Shown piece by piece: positions 62,020 through 64,000 of a stretch of DNA of 64,000 bases. Each line of letters begins with the position of its first letter. Within the stretch, counting starts at the first letter, position 1. The position numbers were made by a program, and so were the translations under genes. This DNA is from Malacoraja senta. Lineage: Eukaryota. The stretch covers positions 8,000,001 to 8,064,000 of the forward strand of contig CM075992.1 of NCBI GenBank assembly GCA_038087875.1, read 5' to 3'. The notes under the pieces were generated by a model that was given only the letters and a program-made list of their open reading frames with translations, did no database searches and was not told the origin of the DNA.

Positions 62020-62176
62020 CTGTTATCACCAGCGGGTTGATGTTGAAGGTGTCGTTCGCAGGGATGATGTGGCCCTTCTTGTAAAAACGCTGGCAGAGGT
62101 GGAGGCCGGTCTGATTGGCGTCATTCTCAAACACGTAGGCGTAACGTCCCAGAGACATATTTTGCAGAGCCAGGTA
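62020..62176 (-). CDS. MCOLN1: Mucolipin-1 luminal-domain exon (=human exon 4); first MCOLN1 exon in the window
   Basis: [52 protein letters not shown], resembling human [45 protein letters not shown]; 157 nt. Confidence 0.95.
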
Positions 62177-62715
62177 CTATATATTGGTAGGGGTTGAGTG
62201 TAAATAATGGGGTAACAATTTAATATGCAATGGAGTCACCAGTAAGGAAAGAAGCATTCAATAAGTTGCAGAATCTTACCAGGGAGGGATACTAAAATAA
62301 AAAGATTTGTATCTCCATGGAATTCTTCATATAACACGACCAAAGATTTTTTCCGACCAACACAGTAGGATATACAGCAGCCATCTTGGACTTGCATGCA
62401 ACAAGACTTTTGCGATTTTGGTCCAGAATTTAAAAATACCCGGTATGTCAGTTGGAAAACTAATTTTTTTCACACTTCCTTTCTTGTGTGTCTAACCATG
62501 AGGCCAATGAGATCTCACTTTAAGCGAGCATCTTCCAGATTTGTAGCATCAGCCAATATTGGGAAGGTCTCAGTAATGAAGCAATCCATTTAGAGGGGAA
62601 CACACTGATGTGTCACACACTGACCTTTCTCAGTCTTCCCCAGGCTAGGCTTGTATTCCTTTATTGATGTTGGTTCCTTTTTCAATTCCTCCAATTGAAA
62701 AAGGAACCAACATGT

Positions 62716-63105
62716 TTTGTTTTAGTTCAGAGGTACAGCGCGAAAACAGGCCCTTCGGCCCACCAAGGCCGCGCCGACCAATGGCACACACCCGGCATTT
62801 TAACAAAGCCAATTAACCCAACAGGCCTGCATGTCTTTGGAGTGTGGGAGGAAACCAGAGCAGCTGGAGAAAACCCACGCAGGTCATGGGAAAACGTACA
62901 AACTCCATACAGACAGCACCAGTGGTCTGGATCAAACCTGTGTCTCTGGCGCTGTAAGGCAGCAACTCTACCGCTGGTGTGTGCAGGTTTGTAGGTTAAT
63001 TGACTTCTGTAAATTGTCCCTAGTGTGTAGGATAGTGCTGGTGTACAGGATCGCAGGTCGGCACGGTCTCAGTGGGCTGAAGGACCTGTTTCTGCACTGT
63101 ATCTC
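62716..63105. mobile_element. Two HE1/V-SINE pieces in opposite orientation, followed by (CTT)n
   Basis: Minus copy 62716-62973 and plus-strand tail 62978-63105. Confidence 0.8.
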
Positions 63106-63539
63106 TTCTTCTTCTTCTTCTTCTTCTTCTTTCGTGTGGCATGCACAGCCTAAAGTTGTTGGACAACTTGTTCTATTTGATTTTCCGTTTGTGCACGTCG
63201 AGTTGATTGCATTAGTCGAAACAGGGCGGACCACGTGAAGGTTGCAATCTTCCACCCCCGCACTGCATCTCTAAAATGTTTCACTGGATAAACACAAGAA
63301 ATAACTGCAGGCCTCTGCTGTTCTCCAGAGTTTTCCATCCGGCCTGAAACATTCATTGTTTGTCTTCCCACAGATGCTGCCTGACCTGCTAAACACTCCC
63401 AAATTGTCTTGTCAGAGACTGCCGGGTGGGACTAACATAAAAAAAACACACCGGGATAAAATGATCTTTTTGGTGCAGTACAGACCAGGGAGAAAATGAG
63501 TCATCTCCACGAAACACAATGGATAGGGAGACTCAAGAA

Positions 63540-64000
63540 CATCATAGAATCATAGAAAGTAGGTGCGAGAGCAGACCACCAGGTCCATCGAGCCCGCACC
63601 GCCATTCGCTCATGGCTGAACACCAAACAAACACCCCTACCCACAAACAGTAGACACAAGACACAGAACACAAGACACTACCATCCCCTTTATACCGCTA
63701 TCACCCCTCTCCACCCCAAGAACCGCGTGATCTCCTGGGGGAGGCAAAAAAACGGATAAAAACCCAGGTCCAATTCGGGAAAAAAATCCGGGAAATTCCT
63801 CTCCGACCCCAATCCAGGCGATCGACACTTGTCCAGGAGATCACTCAGGTCTTACTATACTAACCCTACCTAGGTCCATATCCCTGCCCTCTCCCCGTAG
63901 CCCCTTATCCCCTTGGCAGCTAAAAAACCATCTATTTTAGACTTAAATATATTTAATGTTTCTGCTTCCACTGCTCCCTGGGGCAGTGAATTCCATAAAT
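63540..64000 (-). mobile_element. CR1 3' end with an unusually long structured 3' UTR
   Basis: LWNSLPQGAVEA..FKSKIDGFL C-terminus at the window edge; (ATTCTATG) tail at ~63540-63556. Confidence 0.75.

Noticed and set aside
32690..62176. Assignment as MCOLN2 or MCOLN3, suggested by the LPAR neighbour
   Set aside because: [27 protein letters not shown] and the terminal LLVN* match TRPML1.

Overview
Repeat-rich vertebrate genomic DNA, very likely from a cartilaginous fish (skate/ray-type HE1/V-SINEs, CR1 LINEs and Penelope elements). I can reconstruct two host genes, both on the minus strand. (1) Mucolipin-1 (MCOLN1/TRPML1): 11 coding exons between 62176 and 28445, matching human exons 4-14. 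All have GT-AG junctions and they splice into one open frame of 1278 nt ending ...CCCDRMTTYEETLLVN*. Exons 1-3 are not in the window. (2) The last coding exon (TM6 to C-terminus) of an EDG-type lysophosphatidic acid receptor, most like LPAR2, at 5534-5847. Its large TM1-TM6 exon is absent and may lie in the 200-N gap at 7093-7292. Most of the rest is transposon-derived: an intact young Ty3/gypsy LTR element (16020-20616), a 5'-truncated L1 nested in a hairpin DNA element, CR1/L2/Rex1 fragments, about 20 V-SINE copies, eight PIF/Harbinger-type MITEs, other non-autonomous DNA elements, and many Penelope-like terminal fragments. The least obvious signal is that these Penelope-derived repeats carry a minimal hammerhead-ribozyme motif (CUGAAGA-A-stem II-GAAACGUH), dispersed in both orientations and often as self-complementary short inserts with TSDs. 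All family assignments are by eye from motifs; no searches were run. I found no clearly unprecedented protein system.
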